From: Escherichia coli
Lineage (GTDB): Bacteria > Pseudomonadota > Gammaproteobacteria > Enterobacterales > Enterobacteriaceae
Strand: one strand, 5' to 3'
Assembly (NCBI RefSeq): GCF_011045215.1
Contig: NZ_CP049201.1
DNA: 64,000 bases
Below the pieces are notes generated by a model. It saw only the letters and a program-made list of their open reading frames with translations, did no database searches and was not told the DNA's origin. Of this stretch, positions 56,052 to 64,000 are shown one piece after another; position 1 is the first letter of the stretch; each line of letters begins with the position of its first letter. Both the position numbers and the translations under genes were made by a program.

Positions 56052-56528
56052 ATGCAGGTACTAAATTCCCAGCGTAAAGCTTTCCTCGATATGGTGGCAT
56101 GGTCAGAAGGAACGGATAACGGGCGACAACCGACACGTAACCACGGTTATGATGTTATTGTTGGCGGCGAACTGTTCACTGATTACTCCGATCACCCTCG
56201 CAAACTTGTCACGCTAAACCCCAAACTCAAATCAACAGCCGCCGGGCGTTATCAGCTTCTTTCACGCTGGTGGGATGCTTACCGTAAACAGCTTGGTTTG
56301 AAAGACTTCTCCCCCAAAAGCCAGGACGCAGTGGCATTGCAGCAGATTAAAGAGCGTGGCGCTTTACCGATGATTGATCGCGGTGATATCCGTCAGGCTA
56401 TCGATCGTTGCAGCAATATCTGGGCGTCATTACCCGGCGCTGGTTACGGTCAGTATGAACATAAAATCGGTGACCTGATTGCCCGATTCAAAGAGGCTGG
56501 CGGGGTGGTAAATGAAGTTGAGCTATAA
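56052..56528 (+). CDS. R: endolysin (lambda R-like lytic transglycosylase)
   Basis: Matches lambda R as remembered (NSQRKAFLDMVAWSEGTDNGRQPTRNHGYDVIVGG...). Confidence 0.9.
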   Translation: MQVLNSQRKAFLDMVAWSEGTDNGRQPTRNHGYDVIVGGELFTDYSDHPRKLVTLNPKLKSTAAGRYQLLSRWWDAYRKQLGLKDFSPKSQDAVALQQIKERGALPMIDRGDIRQAIDRCSNIWASLPGAGYGQYEHKIGDLIARFKEAGGVVNEVEL

Positions 56529-56973
56529 GCTGGTTATCGTTGCTTTCTTCGTTACTGTCATTGGTTCTTTCATCTGTTCAGTGAATCGTTACCACAATAA
56601 AGCCATTGAATACAAAATGCAGCGTGATGAGAATGCTATGGCATTAGATTCGGCTATGGCGACCATCTTTGATATGCAGAAGCGTCAACGTGACGTAGCA
56701 GAACTTGACGCCAGATACACAAAGGAGCTTGCTGATGCTAATGCGACTATCGAAAGTCTCCGTGCTGATGTTTCTTCTGGGCGTAAGCGCCTGCAAGTCG
56801 CCGCCACCTGTGCAAAATCAACGACCAGAGCCAGCGGCATGGGCGATGGAGAAAGCCCAGGACTTACAGCAGATGCTGAATTCAATTATTACCGTCTCCG
56901 AAGTGGAATCGACAGGATAACCGCACAGGTTAATTACCTACAGGAATACATCAGAACTCAATGCATGAATTAA
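56512..56973 (+). CDS. Rz: i-spanin Rz
   Basis: 153 aa, N-terminal TM, coiled-coil body; overlaps R stop. Confidence 0.8.
   Translation: MKLSYKLVIVAFFVTVIGSFICSVNRYHNKAIEYKMQRDENAMALDSAMATIFDMQKRQRDVAELDARYTKELADANATIESLRADVSSGRKRLQVAATCAKSTTRASGMGDGESPGLTADAEFNYYRLRSGIDRITAQVNYLQEYIRTQCMN
56735..56920 (+). CDS. Rz1: o-spanin Rz1 (lipoprotein embedded in Rz, +1 frame)
   Basis: Lipobox GVSAC followed by Pro-rich segment; start codon choice uncertain. Confidence 0.6.
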   Translation: MLMRLSKVSVLMFLLGVSACKSPPPVQNQRPEPAAWAMEKAQDLQQMLNSIITVSEVESTG

Positions 56974-57582
56974 AAGAGGCAGATTGATCGTGTTTTCGAA
57001 GTGTTATACCACGCCCGTTCTGTTAATTTGGCAAAATCTGTTCTGATGCAATGAGTATCGAAAGATTTATTGGACTGGTTGCTTTGGTTATCACTGTTAT
57101 CGCTGGAGTTGTTGGCCTAGGGCGTATCCGTGGCACTAGTAAAAGAAGAGGTTAAAACTGCTCTGTTATACACTGAAGTTAACGCAGCGGCTAAGCACTC
57201 AGCAGCAGGACACCGTGTAGAGGCAACGGAAGAGGCCAGAAATATACAGCAGACTATTAACCATATTCCTGGTGACTCTGTTGAGCGCGGTATGCATAAG
57301 AAATACAAACGTACAATTTGAAGTGGTATATTTTTCTTGTTAGTAGATGAATATAATATACCACACAGAATACGATATAATTATTGCTCATGCTTACCTA
57401 AATATGAAAAACAATAAAGTTATAAGTAGACAAGTGTTTTGTTACTTTTAATAATTGATGTGATGTATATATTAAGATTGAAAAATTTAATCATTCTTTC
57501 CACATATAAATTAAGTGGTTCCCTTAGCTTGTCATTTTTGATGATAAGTGAGAGAATATGAACATTATATGATGGAGATAAT

Positions 57583-57894
57583 ATGTCAAACATAAAAATC
57601 AAACAAGCTATTGAAAAGATTGCGGAGTTCAGAGCAGCATCTGCTGCGATGGCTGATGCTCACATGGTTCTTATTACAGAGCTATTGAACTCAATTGAGG
57701 ATATCCGCAAAAACTCTGGTGATAATCTCTCTGAGTTTGAAAAAGGACAGGTTGCTCTCTACATAAAAATTAGCCCAGTTGTGAAAAATGGAATTTCGAG
57801 TATTGAAAAATATAATGAGTCTTTAAGTTCAGACTATGTTGAGGCTATGAACTCCTTATCTAAAATTGCGGGAGGGAATTCAAATGTCGATTGA
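57583..57894 (+). CDS. hypothetical protein (first gene of AT-rich three-gene cargo operon)
   Basis: 103-aa ORF with RBS, predicted helical; AT-rich. Confidence 0.4.
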   Translation: MSNIKIKQAIEKIAEFRAASAAMADAHMVLITELLNSIEDIRKNSGDNLSEFEKGQVALYIKISPVVKNGISSIEKYNESLSSDYVEAMNSLSKIAGGNSNVD

Positions 57895-58270
57895 AGATGT
57901 TGGAAGCATCCTTGATAGATTAAAAGTAGCCAGGATCGAAAATAAAAAAATTGAAGAGTCAGCTGGAAAAGCAGAGGAAAATGCTGTTAACTCTAAGCAT
58001 ACTGATGGTAAAACACGAAGCGCCTTAACTATTACGTTTCTCTGGTTCTTTTTTTGCCTTCTTATTTTTAGCTGTCTTTTTGTTCTTTGGTATAATAATT
58101 CTGTTGTGAATTGGGCTTTAGAGTTAAAGAGCAAAGGTGTTGATGATTACGTTCAATATTTAAAGCCACTCGAGCTGGAAAAGGTATTGTCAATAATGAT
58201 TACTGCCCTTGGTACTTCATTAGGATTTATAATTGGGTATTATTTTAAGGATAAAGAAAATCATTCTTAA
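57884..58270 (+). CDS. hypothetical two-TM membrane protein
   Basis: Start MSIEDVG overlapping upstream stop; two hydrophobic helices (LTITFLWFFFCLLIFSCLFVLWY, VLSIMITALGTSLGFIIGYYF). Confidence 0.4.
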   Translation: MSIEDVGSILDRLKVARIENKKIEESAGKAEENAVNSKHTDGKTRSALTITFLWFFFCLLIFSCLFVLWYNNSVVNWALELKSKGVDDYVQYLKPLELEKVLSIMITALGTSLGFIIGYYFKDKENHS

Positions 58271-58315
58271 TATAGAGTTATCTCTAAAGATAACGAATTT
58301 TAATAGGAGGGTAGA

Positions 58316-58618
58316 ATGTCTGAACTGAATTATGAAGCAATAGGTCGCTGCAAAATCCTTAATGAAAAGATCAAAGATCTTCATGCTGAACGAATGAAAG
58401 CTATTGGTGATTTACGTACTGCTGTCTATGCCCTTCATCAGAAAGGGAATGTAAACCTCATCCCACCAGAAATTGTTGAATTCAACCCCCAATCGCTTAC
58501 ATCCCTTGTAGAGAAGGTTGGTCACTATGATGGTGAGCTGATGCGAGCTGTACATGAGTACAACAACTGGTGTGTAGAAGCAGGCGAGAAACCCGTAAAA
58601 CTTATAAAGCTAGACTGA
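58316..58618 (+). CDS. hypothetical protein
   Basis: 100-aa ORF with GGAGG RBS; followed by hairpin plus T-run at about 58630-58665. Confidence 0.4.
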   Translation: MSELNYEAIGRCKILNEKIKDLHAERMKAIGDLRTAVYALHQKGNVNLIPPEIVEFNPQSLTSLVEKVGHYDGELMRAVHEYNNWCVEAGEKPVKLIKLD

Positions 58619-58703
58619 AACAACAAATTTATGCAAATCATTAGCCTCGCACATGCGGGGCTTTTTTATGCGCACCACACATGCACATCAAAGAGAGTCT
58701 TCA

Positions 58704-59054
58704 ATGCCGCCACGAATCCCAAAAGCCTGCCGTGTTCGCGGTTGCCGCCATACCACGACTGACCCGTCAGGCTACTGCGAAAGCCACAAAAGCGAAGGCT
58801 GGAAGCAATACAAACCTAGACAATCCCGTCATCAGCGCGGCTACGGTTCGAAGTGGGACAGTATCCGCGCGCGTGTCCTGAAGCGTGACAAAGGCCTGTG
58901 TCAGTTATGTCTGCGTGCCGGTGTGGTGCGTGAGGCGAAAGCCGTTGACCACATCATCCCTAAAGCGCATGGCGGCACTGATGCCGACTGTAATCTGCAG
59001 AGTCTGTGCTGGCCGTGTCATAAGGCGAAGACGGCCCGTGAACGGCTGAAGTGA
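58704..59054 (+). CDS. HNH endonuclease (terminase-associated)
   Basis: Cys-rich HNH motif (CQLCLRAG...VDHIIPKAHGGTD...NLQSLCWPCHKAK). Confidence 0.8.
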   Translation: MPPRIPKACRVRGCRHTTTDPSGYCESHKSEGWKQYKPRQSRHQRGYGSKWDSIRARVLKRDKGLCQLCLRAGVVREAKAVDHIIPKAHGGTDADCNLQSLCWPCHKAKTARERLK

Positions 59055-59179
59055 TAATAATTCTCAACTGTCTGAGGGGAGGGGCGGGTCAAATCCCTGT
59101 GACCTGACGTCTTCCGGACTGCCCGCCCCATCGTTTTTTTATACCCGCGAAAAATGAAATTTAACCAGGAGTGCCGCAT

Positions 59180-59674
59180 ATGGCTGGAACGGCGGGGCGT
59201 TCCGGGCGTCGCCCCAAGCCAACGGCGCGCAAGGCGCTGGCCGGAAACCCCGGCAAGCGAGCCCTGAACAAAGATGAACCTGTTTTTACGCCCATCAAAG
59301 GTGTTGAGCCACCGGAGTGGTTCGCAGAAGAAGATCTCCCTCTCGCCACGATCATGTGGCAACTGACAACCAAAGAACTCTGCGGTCAGGGCCTGCTGTG
59401 CGTGACTGACCTGGCGGTACTTGAGCGGTGGTGCGTGGCCTATGAGTTCTGGCGACGTGCCGTGAAAAATATTGCCAGCCAGGGCAACACCATCACCGGT
59501 GCAATGGGCGGCAGGGTCAAAAACCCGGAGCTGACCGCCAAGAAAGAACAGGAGTCCGAGATGAGCAGCACGGGGGCAATGCTCGGACTCGACCCCAGCA
59601 GCCGCCAGCGTCTGATAGGCCTGGCGGGGCAGAAGAAAGCCACTAACCCGTTTCTGAAAATCATCGAATCATGA
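59180..59674 (+). CDS. terS: terminase small subunit (P27/HK97 type)
   Basis: Start [14 protein letters not shown] typical of P27-family TerS; immediately upstream of terL. Confidence 0.75.
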   Translation: MAGTAGRSGRRPKPTARKALAGNPGKRALNKDEPVFTPIKGVEPPEWFAEEDLPLATIMWQLTTKELCGQGLLCVTDLAVLERWCVAYEFWRRAVKNIASQGNTITGAMGGRVKNPELTAKKEQESEMSSTGAMLGLDPSSRQRLIGLAGQKKATNPFLKIIES

Positions 59675-61404
59675 GCCGGAAATCTTACCCCAACGTAAAT
59701 GCTGCCAATCAGTATGCCCGTGATGTCGTGCGGGGAAAGATTGTGGCCTGCCATTTTGTGATTCAGGCCTGCCAGCGCCATCTTGATGACCTGATGGCGG
59801 AAAAAAGTAAGTCGTTTCGTTACCGCTTCGACAAGGACCTGGCTGAACGGGCCGCCAAATTTATTCAGCTGTTGCCGCACACCAAGGGTGAGTGGGCATT
59901 TAAGAGGATGCCCATCACGCTGGAGCCGTGGCAGCTCTTTGTGATCTGCTGCGCGTTTGGCTGGGTCAATAAAGGCTCCCGGCTGCGCCGCTTCCGTGAG
60001 GTGTATACCGAAATCCCCCGTAAGAACGGCAAATCGGCAATCTCTGCCGGTGTCGCCCTGTATTGTTTTGCCTGTGATAACGAGTTTGGCGCGGAAGTGT
60101 ATTCCGGTGCCACGACAGAGAAACAGGCGTGGGAAGTCTTTCGCCCGGCGCGACTGATGTGTAAACGCACACCCATGCTGACGGAAGCGTTCGGGATTGA
60201 GGTTAACGCCTCAAACATGAACCGTCCGGAGGATGGCGCGCGGTTTGAACCGCTGATCGGTAACCCCGGTGATGGATCATCACCCCACTGTGCGGTGGTG
60301 GATGAATATCACGAGCACGCCACCGATGCGCTTTACACCACGATGCTTACCGGGATGGGGGCGCGACGTCAGCCACTGATGTGGGCCATTACTACTGCCG
60401 GGTACAACATTGAGGGGCCGTGCTACGACAAACGGCGGGAAGTTATCGAGATGCTCAACGGTTCGGTACCCAACGATGAACTGTTCGGGATCATCTATAC
60501 CGTTGACGAAGGTGACGACTGGACCAACCCACAGGTGCTGGAAAAAGCCAACCCGAATATCGGGGTGTCGGTTTACCGTGAGTTTTTGTTAAGTCAGCAA
60601 CAGCGTGCGAAAAATAACGCCCGTCTGGCAAACGTCTTTAAAACAAAACACCTCAATATCTGGGTGTCGGCGCGTTCGGCGTATTTCAACCTGGTGAGCT
60701 GGCAGAGCTGCGAGGATAAATCACTGACTCTTGAGCAATTCGAGGGGCAGCCGTGCATTCTGGCCTTTGACCTGGCGCGTAAACTGGATATGAACAGCAT
60801 GGCGCGACTTTATACCCGCGAGATTGACGGTAAAACGCATTACTACAGTGTGGCCCCGCGTTTCTGGGTACCGTATGACACGGTGTACAGCGTCGAGAAA
60901 AATGAAGATCGCCGGACAGCCGAACGCTTTCAGAAATGGGTGGAAATGGGCGTCCTGACCGTTACCGATGGTGCAGAGGTGGATTATCGCTACATCCTCG
61001 AAGAGGCCAAAGCGGCGAACAAAATCAGCCCGGTCAGCGAGTCACCCATCGACCCCTTCGGGGCGACCGGGCTGTCACATGACCTTGCTGATGAAGACCT
61101 GAATCCCGTCACTATCTTCCAGAACTTCACCAATATGTCCGATCCGATGAAAGAGCTGGAAGCAGCGATTGAATCGGGACGTTTTCATCATGACGGCAAT
61201 CCCATCATGACCTGGTGTATCGGCAACGTGGTCGGCAAAAACATGCCGGGTAACGATGATGTGGTGAAACCCGTCAAAGAGCAGGCGGAAAACAAAATTG
61301 ACGGTGCAGTTGCGCTGATTATGGCGGTTGGCAGAGCCATGCTGTACGAGAAAGAAGACACGCTGTCTGATCACATTGAGTCCTACGGGATCCGCTCGCT
61401 TTAA
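59671..61404 (+). CDS. terL: terminase large subunit
   Basis: 577 aa, ATPase Walker A-like (IPRKNGKS) and C-terminal nuclease region. Confidence 0.85.
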   Translation: MSRKSYPNVNAANQYARDVVRGKIVACHFVIQACQRHLDDLMAEKSKSFRYRFDKDLAERAAKFIQLLPHTKGEWAFKRMPITLEPWQLFVICCAFGWVNKGSRLRRFREVYTEIPRKNGKSAISAGVALYCFACDNEFGAEVYSGATTEKQAWEVFRPARLMCKRTPMLTEAFGIEVNASNMNRPEDGARFEPLIGNPGDGSSPHCAVVDEYHEHATDALYTTMLTGMGARRQPLMWAITTAGYNIEGPCYDKRREVIEMLNGSVPNDELFGIIYTVDEGDDWTNPQVLEKANPNIGVSVYREFLLSQQQRAKNNARLANVFKTKHLNIWVSARSAYFNLVSWQSCEDKSLTLEQFEGQPCILAFDLARKLDMNSMARLYTREIDGKTHYYSVAPRFWVPYDTVYSVEKNEDRRTAERFQKWVEMGVLTVTDGAEVDYRYILEEAKAANKISPVSESPIDPFGATGLSHDLADEDLNPVTIFQNFTNMSDPMKELEAAIESGRFHHDGNPIMTWCIGNVVGKNMPGNDDVVKPVKEQAENKIDGAVALIMAVGRAMLYEKEDTLSDHIESYGIRSL

Positions 61405-61415
61405 CTGAGGTAATT

Positions 61416-61598
61416 ATGATCATGCTGATTCTCGCGCCTCTGGTGGGCGTGCTGGGGGTGCTTTTGCTGGCGTATGGTGCCTGGCTGATTTATCCCCCTG
61501 CGGGGTTTGTTGTTGCCGGGGCGTTGTGCCTGTTCTGGTCGTGGCTGGTGGCGCGATATCTCGACCGTACACAGCTGTCTGTTGGTGGAGGTAAATAG
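61416..61598 (+). CDS. small membrane protein
   Basis: 60-aa ORF with two hydrophobic helices between terL and portal. Confidence 0.3.
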   Translation: MIMLILAPLVGVLGVLLLAYGAWLIYPPAGFVVAGALCLFWSWLVARYLDRTQLSVGGGK

Positions 61599-62839
61599 TG
61601 TTCTTTTCGGGATTATTTCAACGAAAAAGTGACACACCGGTGACCACGCCAGCAGAGCTGGCGGATGCTATCGGGCTGTCATACGACACCTATACCGGAA
61701 AGCAGATCAGCAGCCAGCGGGCCATGCGACTGACGGCGGTTTTTTCCTGCGTCAGGGTGCTGGCAGAGTCGGTCGGGATGTTGCCCTGCAATCTGTATCA
61801 CCTGAACGGCAGCCTGAAGCAGAGAGCCACTGGCGAACGTCTGCATAAGCTGATCTCCACGCATCCCAATGGCTATATGACGCCGCAGGAGTTCTGGGAG
61901 TTGGTGGTCACCTGTCTGTGCCTGCGGGGAAACTTTTACGCCTACAAAGTGAAAGCATTTGGCGAAGTGGCTGAATTGCTGCCCGTCGATCCCGGCTGTG
62001 TGGTACCGAAGCTTAACAGTAGCTGGGAGCCGATCTATCAGGTCACATTCCCGGATGGCTCCACGGATGTACTGAGCCAGGAGGATATCTGGCATGTGCG
62101 TACGCTGACGCTGGACGGACTGGTGGGGCTGAATCCCATCGCCTATGCCCGCGAGGCAATATCGCTGGCAGCTGCGACCGAAGAGCACGGGGCCAGACTG
62201 TTCAGCAATGGCGCGGTGACGTCGGGTGTGTTGCGTACAGAGCAGACGCTGTCAGATCAGGCTTATGAGCGCCTGAAGAAAGATTTTGAGGAGCGTCACA
62301 CCGGGCTTGGCAATGCTCACCGCCCGATGATCCTTGAGATGGGGCTGGACTGGAAGTCGATGGCGCTGAACGCCGAGGACAGCCAGTTCCTGGAAACCCG
62401 CAAGTTTCAGCTTGAAGAAATCTGTCGTCTGTTCCGTGTGCCATTGCACATGGTGCAGAACACCGATCGTGCCACCTTCAACAATATCGAAGAACTGGGG
62501 CTGGGATTTATCAACTATTCACTGGTGCCGTATCTGACCCGCATTGAGCAGCGGATCAACACCGGACTGGTACGAAAAAGTAAGCAGGGCGTTTATTACG
62601 CCAAATTTAACGCCGGGGCGTTACTGCGCGGGGATATGAAGTCCCGTTTTGAAGCCTACGCCACCGGGATTAACTGGGGAATTTACTCTCCCAATGACTG
62701 CCGCGACCTGGAAGATATGAATCCGCGTCCCGGTGGTGATGTCTATCTCACACCGATGAACATGACCACGAAACCCTCCGATGGCAGTAAAGCCGGTAAG
62801 CAGAAGGATAACGCCAATGCAGACGAAACAACGTCTTGA
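61598..62839 (+). CDS. portal protein (HK97 family)
   Basis: 413 aa, position after terL and before prohead protease. Confidence 0.8.
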   Translation: MFFSGLFQRKSDTPVTTPAELADAIGLSYDTYTGKQISSQRAMRLTAVFSCVRVLAESVGMLPCNLYHLNGSLKQRATGERLHKLISTHPNGYMTPQEFWELVVTCLCLRGNFYAYKVKAFGEVAELLPVDPGCVVPKLNSSWEPIYQVTFPDGSTDVLSQEDIWHVRTLTLDGLVGLNPIAYAREAISLAAATEEHGARLFSNGAVTSGVLRTEQTLSDQAYERLKKDFEERHTGLGNAHRPMILEMGLDWKSMALNAEDSQFLETRKFQLEEICRLFRVPLHMVQNTDRATFNNIEELGLGFINYSLVPYLTRIEQRINTGLVRKSKQGVYYAKFNAGALLRGDMKSRFEAYATGINWGIYSPNDCRDLEDMNPRPGGDVYLTPMNMTTKPSDGSKAGKQKDNANADETTS

Positions 62840-63467
62840 TGTACCGCTGAGTCTGAAATCTGTCAGTGACTCCGGTGAGTTTGAAGGGTATGGCTCCGTC
62901 TTTGGTGTAAAGGACAGCCACGATGATGTGGTGATGTCCGGGGCATTTGCTGCTTCCCTGCGGGCGTGGAGTGACAGAAAAGCGTTACCTGCGCTGCTCT
63001 GGCAGCACCGCATGGATGAACCCATCGGTGTTTACACCGAAATGAAGGAAGACGATGTCGGGCTTTACGTCAGGGGACGGTTGCTTATTGATGATGATCC
63101 CCTCGCAAAACGCGCACATGCACACATGAAGGCCGGTTCGTTAACCGGCCTTTCTATTGGGTACGTCCTGAAAGACTGGGAATACGACCGGAGCAAAGAA
63201 GCCTTTCTGCTGAAAGAAATCGACCTCTGGGAAGTCAGCCTGGTGACGTTCCCGTCTAACGACGAGGCGCGGATCAGCGACGTCAAGAACGCACTGGCCC
63301 GCGGGGAAATCCCCGAACAGAAAAAAATCGAAAGAGTCCTGCGTGATGTCGGACTCTCCCGTACCCAGGCCAAAGCATTCATGGCCGGGGGCTATGGCGC
63401 ACTGTCCCTGCGCGACGCTGAGGATGTGGGCTCTGCACTGAATGCACTGAAAAATCTGAACTTCTAA
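62817..63467 (+). CDS. prohead maturation protease (HK97 family)
   Basis: Start MQTKQRLD; overlaps portal 3' end; about 216 aa. Confidence 0.75.
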   Translation: MQTKQRLDVPLSLKSVSDSGEFEGYGSVFGVKDSHDDVVMSGAFAASLRAWSDRKALPALLWQHRMDEPIGVYTEMKEDDVGLYVRGRLLIDDDPLAKRAHAHMKAGSLTGLSIGYVLKDWEYDRSKEAFLLKEIDLWEVSLVTFPSNDEARISDVKNALARGEIPEQKKIERVLRDVGLSRTQAKAFMAGGYGALSLRDAEDVGSALNALKNLNF

Positions 63468-63481
63468 TCAGGAGAAATACG

Positions 63482-64000
63482 ATGGCGGTTGATATTAAAG
63501 ATGTCGAACAGGTCGCGCAGGAGCTGCAGCAGAAGTTTGACGACTTCAAAGCAAAGAACGACAAGCGCGTGGATGCGATTGAGCAGGAAAAAGGCAAGCT
63601 TGCCGGGCAGGTGGAAACCCTGAACGGGAAACTCAGCGAGCTGGAAAATCTCAAAAGCGACCTTGAAAAAGAGCTGCTTGAGCTGAAACGTCCGGCTGGT
63701 GGAGCGCAAAATAAACTGGCCACCGAGCATAAAGAGGCGTTTGTGGGCTTCCTGCGTAAAGGCCGTGAAGACGGTCTGCGCGATCTGGAGCGTAAGGCAT
63801 TGCAGGTGGGTACCGATGAAGACGGTGGCTACGCCGTGCCGGAAGAACTGGATCGCAACATTCTTAACCTGCTGAAAGATGAAGTGGTGATGCGTCAGGA
63901 AGCCACGGTGATCACCGTTGGCGGTTCCGACTACAAAAAACTGGTGAATCTGGGCGGTACGGCTTCCGGATGGGTGGGGGAAACGGATACGCGATCCCAG
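63482..64000 (+). CDS. major capsid protein (HK97 fold), 3' end beyond window
   Basis: ATG at 63482 with AGGAG RBS; coiled-coil delta-domain-like N-terminus; open to window edge, so absent from the complete-ORF track. Confidence 0.65.
   Translation, partial: MAVDIKDVEQVAQELQQKFDDFKAKNDKRVDAIEQEKGKLAGQVETLNGKLSELENLKSDLEKELLELKRPAGGAQNKLATEHKEAFVGFLRKGREDGLRDLERKALQVGTDEDGGYAVPEELDRNILNLLKDEVVMRQEATVITVGGSDYKKLVNLGGTASGWVGETDTRSQ

Larger units (their letters stand above)
42100..64000. mobile_element. lambdoid prophage integrated at thrW (P22-like integrase, HK97-like head module); right end beyond window
   Basis: int/xis next to tRNA 3' end, then cI/cro, O, Q, lysis cassette, terminase, portal, protease, capsid in canonical order. 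Confidence 0.85.

Noticed and set aside
57130-57321. 63-aa ORF downstream of Rz
   Set aside because: No ribosome-binding site or recognisable features; could be a small phage protein but the support is too weak to call.

Overview
Enterobacterial (Escherichia coli-like) chromosomal window with three distinct parts. (1) 1-20000: an AT-rich accessory island holding a degenerate type VI secretion cargo array (PAAR, VgrG, a vgrG-coupled HExxH effector with a candidate immunity gene, a PAAR'-vgrG' deletion scar, a lipoprotein and a Tle1-type phospholipase), two tandem ToxR/ToxS-like regulator pairs, an Ail/Lom-family outer membrane protein, and IS3, IS100 and ISAs1 remnants. (2) 20000-42000: conserved core genes yafV, ivy, fadE, gmhA, yafJ, yafK, dinJ-yafQ, yafL, rayT with REP clusters, the lfhA/lafU Flag-2 deletion scar, dinB-yafP, ykfJ/prfH remnants, pepD, gpt, frsA, crl, phoE, proBA. 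(3) 42044 to window end: tRNA-Thr (thrW) followed by a lambdoid prophage with a P22-like integrase, cI/cro switch, O-type replication, Dam methylase, RusA, Q, lysis cassette and HK97-type head genes, running off the window. The best candidates for an undescribed system are a KAP-family P-loop NTPase carried antisense between Q and the lysis genes, a three-gene AT-rich operon between the spanins and the HNH/terminase genes, and the vgrG-coupled HExxH effector pair. All calls rest on reading the sequence and the ORF translations against remembered protein families; no database search was run.
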